Source: Nitrosovibrio sp. Nv4
GTDB taxonomy: Bacteria; Pseudomonadota; Alphaproteobacteria; Acetobacterales; Acetobacteraceae
Assembly (NCBI GenBank): GCA_943330455.2
Contig: CALQHT020000003.1
Location: forward strand, 310 to 64,309
Direction of reading: 5' to 3'
DNA: 64,000 nucleotides
Shown piece after piece: positions 47,641 to 56,444 of this stretch; positions within the stretch are counted from its first letter, which is position 1, and the number at the start of each line of letters is the position of its first letter. A program made the position numbers and the translations under genes. The notes under the pieces are model-generated. The model did no database searches. It was not told the DNA's origin and saw only the letters and a list, made by a program, of their open reading frames with translations.

Positions 47641-47658
47641 GCTGAGCGCTGCGTTGCT

Positions 47659-50600
47659 TCACCCCGACAACGCGTCGCGGATGTTGCCGCCGATGCGCTC
47701 GCAGATCTCCGATACATGCGCCAACGCGCGTTCGGCGGTCTCCCGATCGGCAGCGCCGGCCAGATCGGTGGTCGGCTCAGTCAGGACATCCAGCCCGACC
47801 GTCTCGGCCGCACTGCGCAACGCGGCGGATTCTCGCGCGACACCACCCCAGGCCTCCGCGTCAACAGCCGCACGAATCGCGGCGATGCGTTCGGTCGCTT
47901 CGGTGGCGAAGGTCTCCAACAATTCCCGCGCGGTGGCTGGGTCGAAATCGCGCGCGAGCCGCTTGAATGCTTTCGCCGCCTCGGTTGCTTCCGCATCCCC
48001 GTCCTGGGTGGAACGTGACGACCGGAGTTTGCCGGCGATCGCCCGATTGATGATCCGGGCCAGTTCCTCATTCAGGATCGGTTTGCCCAGGAATGCGTCC
48101 ATCCCGGCCGCGATGCAATCCAGTTCGTGTTGGCGGAAGACATTGGCGGTGACAGCGACGATCGGTATTTCCGCCTGCGGGCCGCCCATCGCTCGGATCG
48201 ACCGGGTCGCTTCCAGCCCATCCATTTCCGGCATCATGACATCCATCAGCACCAGATCGTAAGGCACGGTACGAACGGCGTCGATTGCCTCCTGACCGCT
48301 GCCAACGGTGTCCGCCCGGTGCCCCATTCTTTCGAGCCGGGATGTGACGACGAGCTGGTTGGTGGCGTTGTCCTCGGCGACGAGGATCCGCAGACGCCGC
48401 GTGGCAGGGGGAGCCGGTGCCGCAACTGGCATCGCCTCGATTGGATGGATCGCACGCGGTTGTCGGCGCCGATCGGTTTCCAACAGGACATCGAAGTGGA
48501 AAGCGGAACCTTGGCCTTCGCGACTTTCGACGCGGATGGTGCCGCCCATCAGTGCGATCAGGCGCGCGGAGATCGCCAGTCCGAGCCCGGTGCCGCCGAA
48601 CCGCCGGGAGATGGAGCTGTCCGCCTGGGAAAACTGGCGAAACAGCGTGTCCTGCAATTCGGGCGGGATACCAATGCCGGTATCCCGCACCACGAAACCC
48701 AGGCGGGTCTGGCGATCGTCGATGCCCAGCACGGTGACTTCGATCGTAACGCTGCCGATATCGGTGAATTTCAGCCCGTTGCCGACCAGATTGATCAACA
48801 CCTGCCGCAAACGTCCAGGGTCCCCCAGCAGGCGCTGGGGCACGTCGGGAGCGATAATACCCCGAAGCTCCAGCCCCTTCTCGGCGGATTTCACACGCAT
48901 CAGTTCGACGACGCTGTCGACGACCTGGACGACGTCGAACGAAATCGTCTCGAACTCAAGATGGCCGGCTTCGAGCTTCGAGAAATCGAGGATGTCGTTG
49001 ATGATTCGCAGCAGATCCAGCGCGGCGTCGCGGAGCGTTTCCGCGAAGCGGCGCTGCACCGCTGGTAACTCCCCATCCAGCATCAGTCCCGCCATCCCGA
49101 GGATCCCGTTCATCGGCGTCCGGATTTCGTGACTCATCGTGCTCAGAAACTCGGTCTTCGCTCGGCTGGCGGCCTCGGCGGCATCGCGGGCCGCGCTGAT
49201 TTCCTGTTCATCGCGCTTTCGGGCTGAGATATCCCGAAGATAGGCGGTGAAGACAGCGCGGTGTTCCAACTGCGTGGCCGTTATCGCGACCTCTGCGGGA
49301 AACTCCGTGCCATCCGCGCGCAGGGCCCGCAACTCGATCCGGTTGTTCAACACCGGACCGTGGCCGGTGCGCAGATAAGTCCGCATGCCCTCGATATGCG
49401 CGTCCCGCAGATCATACGGGATCAGCACATCCTGAATCTTGCGGCCGATGACGTCGGCGACGGCGTGGCCGAAGATCTGTTCCGCGGCCCTGTTGAACTC
49501 CAGGATCACGCTGTCGGCATCGATGGTGATGACCGCGTCGAGTGACGACTGCAGGATGGCGCTCTTGAGGGATTCGGACTCGCGCAGTTGGACTTCGGTC
49601 TCCTTCTCCGCTGTAACGTCGATGAGCTGCCATAGCCGGCCGAATTTCCGGCCTTCGACCATGATCGGAATGAAATCGCGTAGGATGATATGGCCGTCGC
49701 GCAGTATAACCTGCTCCCGCAACACGGGTTGTTCAGCCGCGATGATTTGCCGAATTCGGGCCATCGTCGTCTCTGGGTCGGCATGGGCCGCCAGGATATG
49801 CGACATGATTTCCACAGAGTTGGTGCCACGCAGGTCCTCCGGCGCCTGATTCAACCCGAACAGCACGCAGAATTCAGTGTTGACGAATTCCACGCGGTCA
49901 TCTGCCGTGACCACCAGAACGCCCGAACGCATGGAAGCCAGAATGGTGTAGAAACGGTCGAGCGTTGCCTGCAAGGCAGCCTCGGCGGCCTTGCGTCCGG
50001 TGATGTCGGTGAAGGTCCGGACCGAACTGCCGTTTGGCAGTGCCTGGGTGCGTACCTCCAGGGCGACGCCGTTCGGACGCACCCGTTCATAGGTTTGTGG
50101 GCCGAGACCACCGCGCGCTGCCAGCGCGCCGACATGGGCATTGGGTCCGTCGTCAGGACCGAACTCCTGCTGCGAAAGCTGCCATTGGAGGATGTCCTGG
50201 AACCGGACCCCAGGACGCGCCAACGCGGGCGGTAGTGCCAACAACGCGGCCGCCCGTTCGTTCATGACCGGAACGTCGCCGGTTTCGTCGACCATGAGGA
50301 TGCCCTGGCTCATGTTTTCGAGCGTGGCGGTCAACATGGCCTGGGAGCGCAGCAGCTTGCGCTGCTGGCGCACCAACATGACGCCTACAAGAAGAATCAC
50401 CGCGGAAAGAACCACGCCACCGAACATGTGTTGGCGGCGATCGCGGTTGAAATTGGCAAACGCTTCCGTTCGGGAAAGGCCGACGATGACGGCCAAGTCG
50501 TATTTCTCAAGTCTCCAATAGCTGTTGATCCGCTGGATCCCGTCATCGACGCCATACGCGGTGAAATGTCCGAACCCTGGCCCCGCGCGTAACTGCCGCA

Positions 50601-51291
50601 TCGTCGCCTCGTCCAGGGCGGTTCCGATTGTGTTGATGACATTGGGCGCGCGGGAGCGGACGAAGCCGTCTTTCAGCCCAACAAGGATGATGGTGCCGTC
50701 GCCGATATCGAGCGATTTATAGAAGCGCGACAGGTAGTTGGCGTCGAGCGACATGACCAGGACGCCGGCCTGACGGGAATCCGGGCCGAAAACCTTGCGA
50801 GTGAACTGGATCGTCCATTTTTTCGACACCCGACCGAGCACCGGCTTGCTGATGAACAGGTCGTCCTGCGCGGTATCCAACTGCACGCGGATATGCTCCC
50901 GATCGGAGAGGTCCACGCGCCCCGCACTCGGTAGGTTGCCCGCCACCATGATGCCGGCCAGGTCGGTCATGGCCGATTGCACGGTGGGACTGTCGGGATC
51001 CTGCTGCGGCGGAAAGAGGCGTGCCAGGTCGAAGTCGGTTGGATGGCGAGCATAGGCCGCACGCAGGAGCTTGAGGGTTTGGTCGGTTCCCTCGATCATC
51101 CGGTTGATGTTCTCGCCGAAGCCCCGCGCCAGATTGCCGCTGTCCTGATAGGCGGCCTGCTCGACTTGATCCCGCTCCCGCGCCAGGTTCAGCAGTATGG
51201 CGACCCAGACCATGGATATCGCCCCTACGATCAGAATCGCCGGTTTGGTCCATCCCCCGGGTTTCTGGATCGGGTGCGCTTCTGCTGCCAT
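47659..51291 (-). CDS. Hybrid sensor histidine kinase (TM-Cache-TM, multiple PAS, HisKA, HATPase, REC, degenerate Hpt)
   Basis: MSHEIRTPMNG H-box, NLVGNGLKFT, DTGIGI, GGTGLGL, LVLMDVMMPEMDG; Hpt-like tail reads ESAALRSAA. Confidence 0.95.
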   Translation of the reverse strand: MAAEAHPIQKPGGWTKPAILIVGAISMVWVAILLNLARERDQVEQAAYQDSGNLARGFGENINRMIEGTDQTLKLLRAAYARHPTDFDLARLFPPQQDPDSPTVQSAMTDLAGIMVAGNLPSAGRVDLSDREHIRVQLDTAQDDLFISKPVLGRVSKKWTIQFTRKVFGPDSRQAGVLVMSLDANYLSRFYKSLDIGDGTIILVGLKDGFVRSRAPNVINTIGTALDEATMRQLRAGPGFGHFTAYGVDDGIQRINSYWRLEKYDLAVIVGLSRTEAFANFNRDRRQHMFGGVVLSAVILLVGVMLVRQQRKLLRSQAMLTATLENMSQGILMVDETGDVPVMNERAAALLALPPALARPGVRFQDILQWQLSQQEFGPDDGPNAHVGALAARGGLGPQTYERVRPNGVALEVRTQALPNGSSVRTFTDITGRKAAEAALQATLDRFYTILASMRSGVLVVTADDRVEFVNTEFCVLFGLNQAPEDLRGTNSVEIMSHILAAHADPETTMARIRQIIAAEQPVLREQVILRDGHIILRDFIPIMVEGRKFGRLWQLIDVTAEKETEVQLRESESLKSAILQSSLDAVITIDADSVILEFNRAAEQIFGHAVADVIGRKIQDVLIPYDLRDAHIEGMRTYLRTGHGPVLNNRIELRALRADGTEFPAEVAITATQLEHRAVFTAYLRDISARKRDEQEISAARDAAEAASRAKTEFLSTMSHEIRTPMNGILGMAGLMLDGELPAVQRRFAETLRDAALDLLRIINDILDFSKLEAGHLEFETISFDVVQVVDSVVELMRVKSAEKGLELRGIIAPDVPQRLLGDPGRLRQVLINLVGNGLKFTDIGSVTIEVTVLGIDDRQTRLGFVVRDTGIGIPPELQDTLFRQFSQADSSISRRFGGTGLGLAISARLIALMGGTIRVESREGQGSAFHFDVLLETDRRRQPRAIHPIEAMPVAAPAPPATRRLRILVAEDNATNQLVVTSRLERMGHRADTVGSGQEAIDAVRTVPYDLVLMDVMMPEMDGLEATRSIRAMGGPQAEIPIVAVTANVFRQHELDCIAAGMDAFLGKPILNEELARIINRAIAGKLRSSRSTQDGDAEATEAAKAFKRLARDFDPATARELLETFATEATERIAAIRAAVDAEAWGGVARESAALRSAAETVGLDVLTEPTTDLAGAADRETAERALAHVSEICERIGGNIRDALSG

Positions 51292-51525
51292 GCCGTCGTT
51301 CCTTCACATCCGGCTGGACAGCTCCCTGCCGACAAAAGCCGATTGTATCGCTCGGGGGAAGCTGCCCCGGTGTTCGCAGTCTAGCCCATCCGATTCACGG
51401 GGCAACCGCGGCAGCAAAGTATAACGTCGCCGCAACATAAATGGTTGTAGCCTGGTGGAGCGGGGATTATTTGGAAAAGATGCTGACACGGACCGCTGCG
51501 GCGTTCGAGCGATCCCCCAGATGCG

Positions 51526-51590
51526 AAGGCCCAATGGAAAGGCCCAATGGGAAGGTCCAGTGGGAAGGCCCAATGGGAAGGCCCAGTAGC
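51526..51590. repeat. Tandem array, 5 x 13 bp (AAGGCCCARTGGG)
   Basis: Units start at 51526, 51539, 51552, 51565 and 51578. Confidence 0.95.
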
Positions 51591-51644
51591 CCGGCGCGGG
51601 ATTCCCCGATAATGAACCGCCAACGACTTCGTGGAGCGAGACGC

Positions 51645-52817
51645 GTGTCCAAACCGATCCTGTTTACCCCGCTGCAAATCCGGGACGTCACCCTGAAGAA
51701 CCGCATTGTCCTGGCACCGATGCACCAATATGCGTCCAACCAGGGTTTTGCCACCGATTGGCACCTGATGAATGCCGGCAAGTTCGCCGCCGGTGGCTGC
51801 GGATTGGTCATGGTGGAATCGACCAAGGTGGAACGGCGCGGCTGCGGCACGGTCGGCGATCTCGGCCTGTGGAAAGACGAGTTCATTCCCGGCCTGAAGC
51901 GCATCACCGATTTCATCAAGGCCCAGGGCGCGGTTTCCGCCATCCAGATCGGCCACTCCGGCCGCAAGGCGCGCCTGACCCGGCCCTGGGAAGGCCAGCA
52001 GCCGCTCACCCCAGAATACCCCGAGATGTTCGACTGGGAGGGTTGGGAACTGGTCGCGCCAAGCGCAATCGCCCACAGCGACCGGATGCCCACGCCGCGG
52101 GCCTTCACGCGGGACGAAATCCCGACCGTGGTGTCTCATTGGGGTGAAGCCGCCGCCCGCGCCAACAAGGCCGGGTTCGAAGTCCTGGAAATCCACGGCG
52201 CGCATGGCTACCTGATCCACCAGTTCCTCTCCCCCGTCGCCAATCGCCGCAACGACGAATACGGTGGATCCGACTCCAACCGCATGCGCTTCGCCCTGGA
52301 AGTCGCCGAATGCGTCCGCGCCAATTGGCCGGCGGAAAAGCCCCTGTTCATGCGCCTGTCCTGTGAGGATGACGCCGGCTGGGGACCCGAACAGAGCGTC
52401 GCCCTGTCGCGGGAGTTGAAGACCAAAGGCGTGGACGTGATCGATTGCAGCTCCGGCGGTGTCATGGAACGCTCCCCCATGGACAGCGTCCGCGCCCGCA
52501 AATACGGCTACCAGGTGCCCTATGCCGAACAGATCCGGGCCGAGGCCGGCATCATGACCATGGCCGTCGGCCACATCGTCCACCCCGACCAGGCCGAGGC
52601 CATCCTGCAATCTGGCCAGGCCGACCTGATCGCGATCGCGCGGGAACTGCTCTACAATCCGAACTGGGCCTTGGACGCCGCGCAAAAACTGGGCGCCGAC
52701 CCGGATTTCACCTGCGTCCCCCCAGCCTACGGCTTCTGGCTCGGCAAGCGTGCCAAGTCGGCGTTCGAGGGTGTGCCCTCCACCTTCAAACGCGGCCTGA
52801 TGGCGGATGTGGAATAG
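51645..52817 (+). CDS. NADH:flavin oxidoreductase (Old Yellow Enzyme, YqjM-like)
   Basis: LKNRIVLAPMHQY, QIGHSGRKA, EIHGAHGYLIHQFLSP, NRRNDEYGGS. Confidence 0.95.
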   Translation: MSKPILFTPLQIRDVTLKNRIVLAPMHQYASNQGFATDWHLMNAGKFAAGGCGLVMVESTKVERRGCGTVGDLGLWKDEFIPGLKRITDFIKAQGAVSAIQIGHSGRKARLTRPWEGQQPLTPEYPEMFDWEGWELVAPSAIAHSDRMPTPRAFTRDEIPTVVSHWGEAAARANKAGFEVLEIHGAHGYLIHQFLSPVANRRNDEYGGSDSNRMRFALEVAECVRANWPAEKPLFMRLSCEDDAGWGPEQSVALSRELKTKGVDVIDCSSGGVMERSPMDSVRARKYGYQVPYAEQIRAEAGIMTMAVGHIVHPDQAEAILQSGQADLIAIARELLYNPNWALDAAQKLGADPDFTCVPPAYGFWLGKRAKSAFEGVPSTFKRGLMADVE

Positions 52818-52891
52818 GCTATCGCATTCAGCAAACCGGGATCGGGTCGCCGTGACGTGCGGCTTCCCACCGCCCTGGACTACGGAGCCTC

Positions 52892-53902
52892 ATGGCACAA
52901 GACCTTGAAACCGATGTCGCGATCATAGGGGCCGGCCCGGTCGGGCTGTTCGCGGTGTTCGAACTCGGCATGCTGCAACTGTCCAGCGTGCTGATCGACG
53001 CCTTGTCCGAAGTCGGCGGCCAATGCACCGCGCTGTATCCGGAAAAGCCGATCTACGACATTCCCGCCCTGCCAGCGATCGAGGCCGGGGCCCTCATCAC
53101 CAATCTCGAACGCCAGATATCGCCCTTCTCCACCCCCCGTCTGCTCGGTCGCCGCGTCGAAGCGCTGAGCGGCGGCCCGGGCGCCTTCGTGCTGACCACC
53201 GACCAAGGCGATATCGTGCGTGCCAAGGCGGTCATCATCGCGGCGGGCGCCGGAGCCTTCGGTCCCAATCGACCGCCGTTGGAGGGGTTGGAAGCCTACG
53301 AAGCCTCCGGCGCCGTGCAATATTTTGTGCGGCGGCGAGAGGATTTCCGTGGCAAGCGGGTCGTGATCGCCGGAGGAGGTGACTCAGCCGTGGATTGGGC
53401 GCTGGCGCTGAAAGACATCGCCCAGGTCGCCGTCGTGCATCGCCGCCCCAAATTCCGGGCGGCGCCGGAAAGCGCGGCTCAACTGGATGAAGCCGCCGCC
53501 AGTGGGGCCATAGAGATGGTGATCCCCTACCAACTCCACGGCTTGCAAGGCGCCGACGGGGTACTGAGCGCGGTCGAGGTCGCGACCCTGAAAGGCGAGG
53601 TCCGGGCATTGCCGGCCGACGTGCTGCTGCCATTCTTCGGCCTGTCGATGGATTTGGGACCGATCGCCGCATGGGGCCTGGACCGCGAAATGCACCACGT
53701 GAAGGTCGATCCCGCCACCTGCCAGACCAACCTGCCCGGCGTATTCGCGATCGGCGACGTCGCCACCTATCCCGGCAAACTGAAGCTGATTCTCCAGGGT
53801 TTCAGTGAGGCAGCCATGGCCGCGCACGCCATCTTTGGTGTGGTGCGGCCGGACCAGGCCCTGCATTTCGAGTATTCGACAACCAAGGGCGTGCCCACCT
53901 GA
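52892..53902 (+). CDS. Thioredoxin-reductase-type ferredoxin--NADP(+) reductase
   Basis: GAGPVG, LYPEKPIYDIP, GGGDSAVDWA, GDVATYPGKLKLI; no CxxC. Confidence 0.9.
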   Translation: MAQDLETDVAIIGAGPVGLFAVFELGMLQLSSVLIDALSEVGGQCTALYPEKPIYDIPALPAIEAGALITNLERQISPFSTPRLLGRRVEALSGGPGAFVLTTDQGDIVRAKAVIIAAGAGAFGPNRPPLEGLEAYEASGAVQYFVRRREDFRGKRVVIAGGGDSAVDWALALKDIAQVAVVHRRPKFRAAPESAAQLDEAAASGAIEMVIPYQLHGLQGADGVLSAVEVATLKGEVRALPADVLLPFFGLSMDLGPIAAWGLDREMHHVKVDPATCQTNLPGVFAIGDVATYPGKLKLILQGFSEAAMAAHAIFGVVRPDQALHFEYSTTKGVPT

Positions 53903-53997
53903 CCGGTTGCCCCGTCTTGCCGGCTTGTGGTCAGCGTGCTTGGAATCGCCGACGGTGTTAGCGTGACCATTGCGCGACCACGCGATCGGGGGAAACG

Positions 53998-55173
53998 ATG
54001 AAAATCAAGACGGTGGAGACACTGCAAGCCGACGCCGGCTGGCGGATGTTCTCGTTCCTGAAGGTGACCACCGATGACGGGATCATCGGCTGGTCGGAAT
54101 TCAACGAAAGTTTCGGCTCGGTCGGCCTATCGGACGTCATCAAGGGCCTGTCGCCGGCCCTGATCGGCCGCGACCCTCGCAAGTTCGAGCAGGTGACCCA
54201 GCATCTGCATGTGATGACCCGGCAATCGCGTGGCGGTCTGAACCAGCAGGCCATCGCGGCGATCGAGAATGCTCTGCTGGACGTCGCCGGCAAGGCCTAT
54301 GGAATCCCGGTCTATGCCCTGTTCGGCGGACCGATCCGCGATCGCATCCCGGTCTATTGGTCGCATTTCGCCACCTATCGGGTGCGCAGCGCCGCCATGA
54401 TGGGGGTGCCGGCGCTGCATTCCTACGACGACCTCGCCCGCCATGCGCAGGAGGTCCAGAAGCTGGGCTTCCGCGCGCTGAAGACCAACATCATCCCGTT
54501 CCAGGACGGCAAATTGTCCTCCTATGTCCCCGGTTTCGGGCGCACGCCTGGCTGGCCGGAGCTGAACTGGGACAACAAACTGACGCGCGGCGTGACCGAG
54601 CAGTTGTCCATCATCCGCCAGGCCGTCGGCCCCGACATGGGCATCCACCTCGATATCAACTTCAACTTCAAGACCGAGGGCTTCAAGCGCATCGCCGAAG
54701 CGGTGGCCGAGGCCAACCTGACCTGGCTGGAAATCGATACCCATGACGCGCCGGCTTTGGCCGAGATCAAGCGCGGGGCGCATTGTCCGATCGCGTCCTG
54801 CGAGACGCTGCATGGGCGGCGGGAATTCAAGCCGTTCTTCGACAATTACGCAACCGATGTGGCCATCGTCGATGTGATCTGGAACGGGCTGTTGGAGTCC
54901 TCGAAAATCGCCGCCATGGCCGACGTCTACGAAGTGAACGTCGCGCCGCACAATTTCTACGGCCATCTGTGCAGCGCGATCAGCGCCACGTTCAGCGCCA
55001 TCGTGCCGAATTTCCGGGTCATGGAAATCGACATCGACAGCGCTCCCTGGCGCGACGAATTCTATACGGTCGTCCCGACAATCGAGAACGGAGAGTTCGT
55101 CCTGCCCACCGGGCCTGGCTGGGGCATCGACGTGAACGAAAAGGCGGTCCGCGCTCGTCCGCCGAAAAACTGA
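53998..55173 (+). CDS. Mandelate racemase/muconate lactonizing enzyme family protein
   Basis: AAIENALLDVAGK, RALKTN, HLDINFN, APHNFYG. Confidence 0.92.
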   Translation: MKIKTVETLQADAGWRMFSFLKVTTDDGIIGWSEFNESFGSVGLSDVIKGLSPALIGRDPRKFEQVTQHLHVMTRQSRGGLNQQAIAAIENALLDVAGKAYGIPVYALFGGPIRDRIPVYWSHFATYRVRSAAMMGVPALHSYDDLARHAQEVQKLGFRALKTNIIPFQDGKLSSYVPGFGRTPGWPELNWDNKLTRGVTEQLSIIRQAVGPDMGIHLDINFNFKTEGFKRIAEAVAEANLTWLEIDTHDAPALAEIKRGAHCPIASCETLHGRREFKPFFDNYATDVAIVDVIWNGLLESSKIAAMADVYEVNVAPHNFYGHLCSAISATFSAIVPNFRVMEIDIDSAPWRDEFYTVVPTIENGEFVLPTGPGWGIDVNEKAVRARPPKN

Positions 55174-55205
55174 GATAGATCAAAATCCTAAGAGGAGACA
55201 GAGAC

Positions 55206-56252
55206 TTGGCAAAATTCAAAATCGCGACCCCGGCCGGGGCCAGTTTCACCGTCGCGGGCGGTGGCTATGATGACGAGATGGCACCGCTGGAAGGCATCGA
55301 CGCGGAAATCGTCGAAGGCCCGATCGATGAGGACGGATTCATCGCCTTCGCCCAGGACGCCGACGTGGTCTATGCCAAGGGCATACGCTTCAGCAAAAAG
55401 ATCGTGGACGGCCTGCCGGCGCGCTGCCGCGGGATCGTGCTGGGCAGCGTCGGGGTCGACAGCGTGGACGTGGTGGCGGCAACCGAGCGCGGCATTCCCG
55501 TCACCAACTGCCCCGACACGTTCATCGAGGAAGTCGCCGATCACGCCATGATGCTGCTGCTGGCGTCGCATCGCCGCACCTTGGAGCAGGACCGCATGGT
55601 CCGCGAGAACCGTTGGCGCGAAGGCCGCCCGGCGCTGCTGCAAATTCCTCGACTGATGGGCCAGACCCTGGGTCTGATCGCCTTCGGACACGTCGCGCGT
55701 GCCGTGGCCAAGCGCGCCAAGCCGTTCGGTCTGCGCGTCATCGCCTATGACCCGTTCATCGAGGAACTGGTGATGGTCGAGCATGGCGTGCTGCCCTGCT
55801 CGCTGGAAGAGGTGCTCAGCCAGTCTGACTTCGTGTCCATGCACGCCCCGGCGACGCCGGAAGCGGAGGGCATGTTGATGGAGAAGCATTTCCGCCAGAT
55901 GAAGAAGACCGCGGTGTTCATCAACACGGGTCGTGGCCCGACGGTGCAGGAAGCCGGCCTGATCAAGGCGTTGCAGGAAGGCTGGATCGCACATGCCGGC
56001 CTGGACGTGCTGGAAATCGAGCCTCCGGGCGACAACAACCCGATCCTGGGCATGCCGAACGTGACCCTGTCGGCCCACACGGCGTCGGCGTCTTCGCGGT
56101 TCGATCCGGCGCGCAAGCGTCATGTCGGGCGGGAACTGGCGCTGTTGCTGAACGGCAAATGGCCAATGAGCTGCGTTAATCCGGCGGTGCTGATGGATTC
56201 GAAACTGCGCCGCTGGCAGCCGATTTCGATGGAGCGCGGGCCAAACAGCTAG
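55206..56252 (+). CDS. D-isomer-specific 2-hydroxyacid dehydrogenase (CtBP-like)
   Basis: GVDSVD, EEVADH, GLIAFGHVA, INTGRG, GLDVLEIEP, SAHTAS; TTG start. Confidence 0.92.
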   Translation: MAKFKIATPAGASFTVAGGGYDDEMAPLEGIDAEIVEGPIDEDGFIAFAQDADVVYAKGIRFSKKIVDGLPARCRGIVLGSVGVDSVDVVAATERGIPVTNCPDTFIEEVADHAMMLLLASHRRTLEQDRMVRENRWREGRPALLQIPRLMGQTLGLIAFGHVARAVAKRAKPFGLRVIAYDPFIEELVMVEHGVLPCSLEEVLSQSDFVSMHAPATPEAEGMLMEKHFRQMKKTAVFINTGRGPTVQEAGLIKALQEGWIAHAGLDVLEIEPPGDNNPILGMPNVTLSAHTASASSRFDPARKRHVGRELALLLNGKWPMSCVNPAVLMDSKLRRWQPISMERGPNS

Positions 56253-56261
56253 GGTTACGAT

Positions 56262-56305
56262 GGGCCTGACTCTCCGCCTCGGTAACGGGACGGGGAGTCA
56301 GGCCC
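56262..56305 (+). terminator. Strong stem-loop after the dehydrogenase gene
   Basis: GGGCCTGACTCTCCG / CGGGGAGTCAGGCCC 15-bp stem; no U-tract, so possibly REP-like. Confidence 0.5.
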
Positions 56306-56444
56306 GCGTCATGGCGGAAAGTTCATCGCGAAAACCCGCGAGCATACCCGCCGCCCGATCCACACAGGTGTCCCACAACCGACACATGGTCTAGACTCCC
56401 GCTGACGAACCCGCTCCCGACGCGGGGGCGGGGAGCGACAACGT

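Noticed and set aside
47458-47658. Qrr-like sRNA next to the LuxO-like gene
   Set aside because: No -24/-12 promoter or U-tailed terminator is seen; the gap is mostly the 112-bp repeat.
23023-51590. CRISPR interpretation of the two short tandem arrays
   Set aside because: Units are 13-14 bp, contiguous, without unique spacers, and no cas genes are present.
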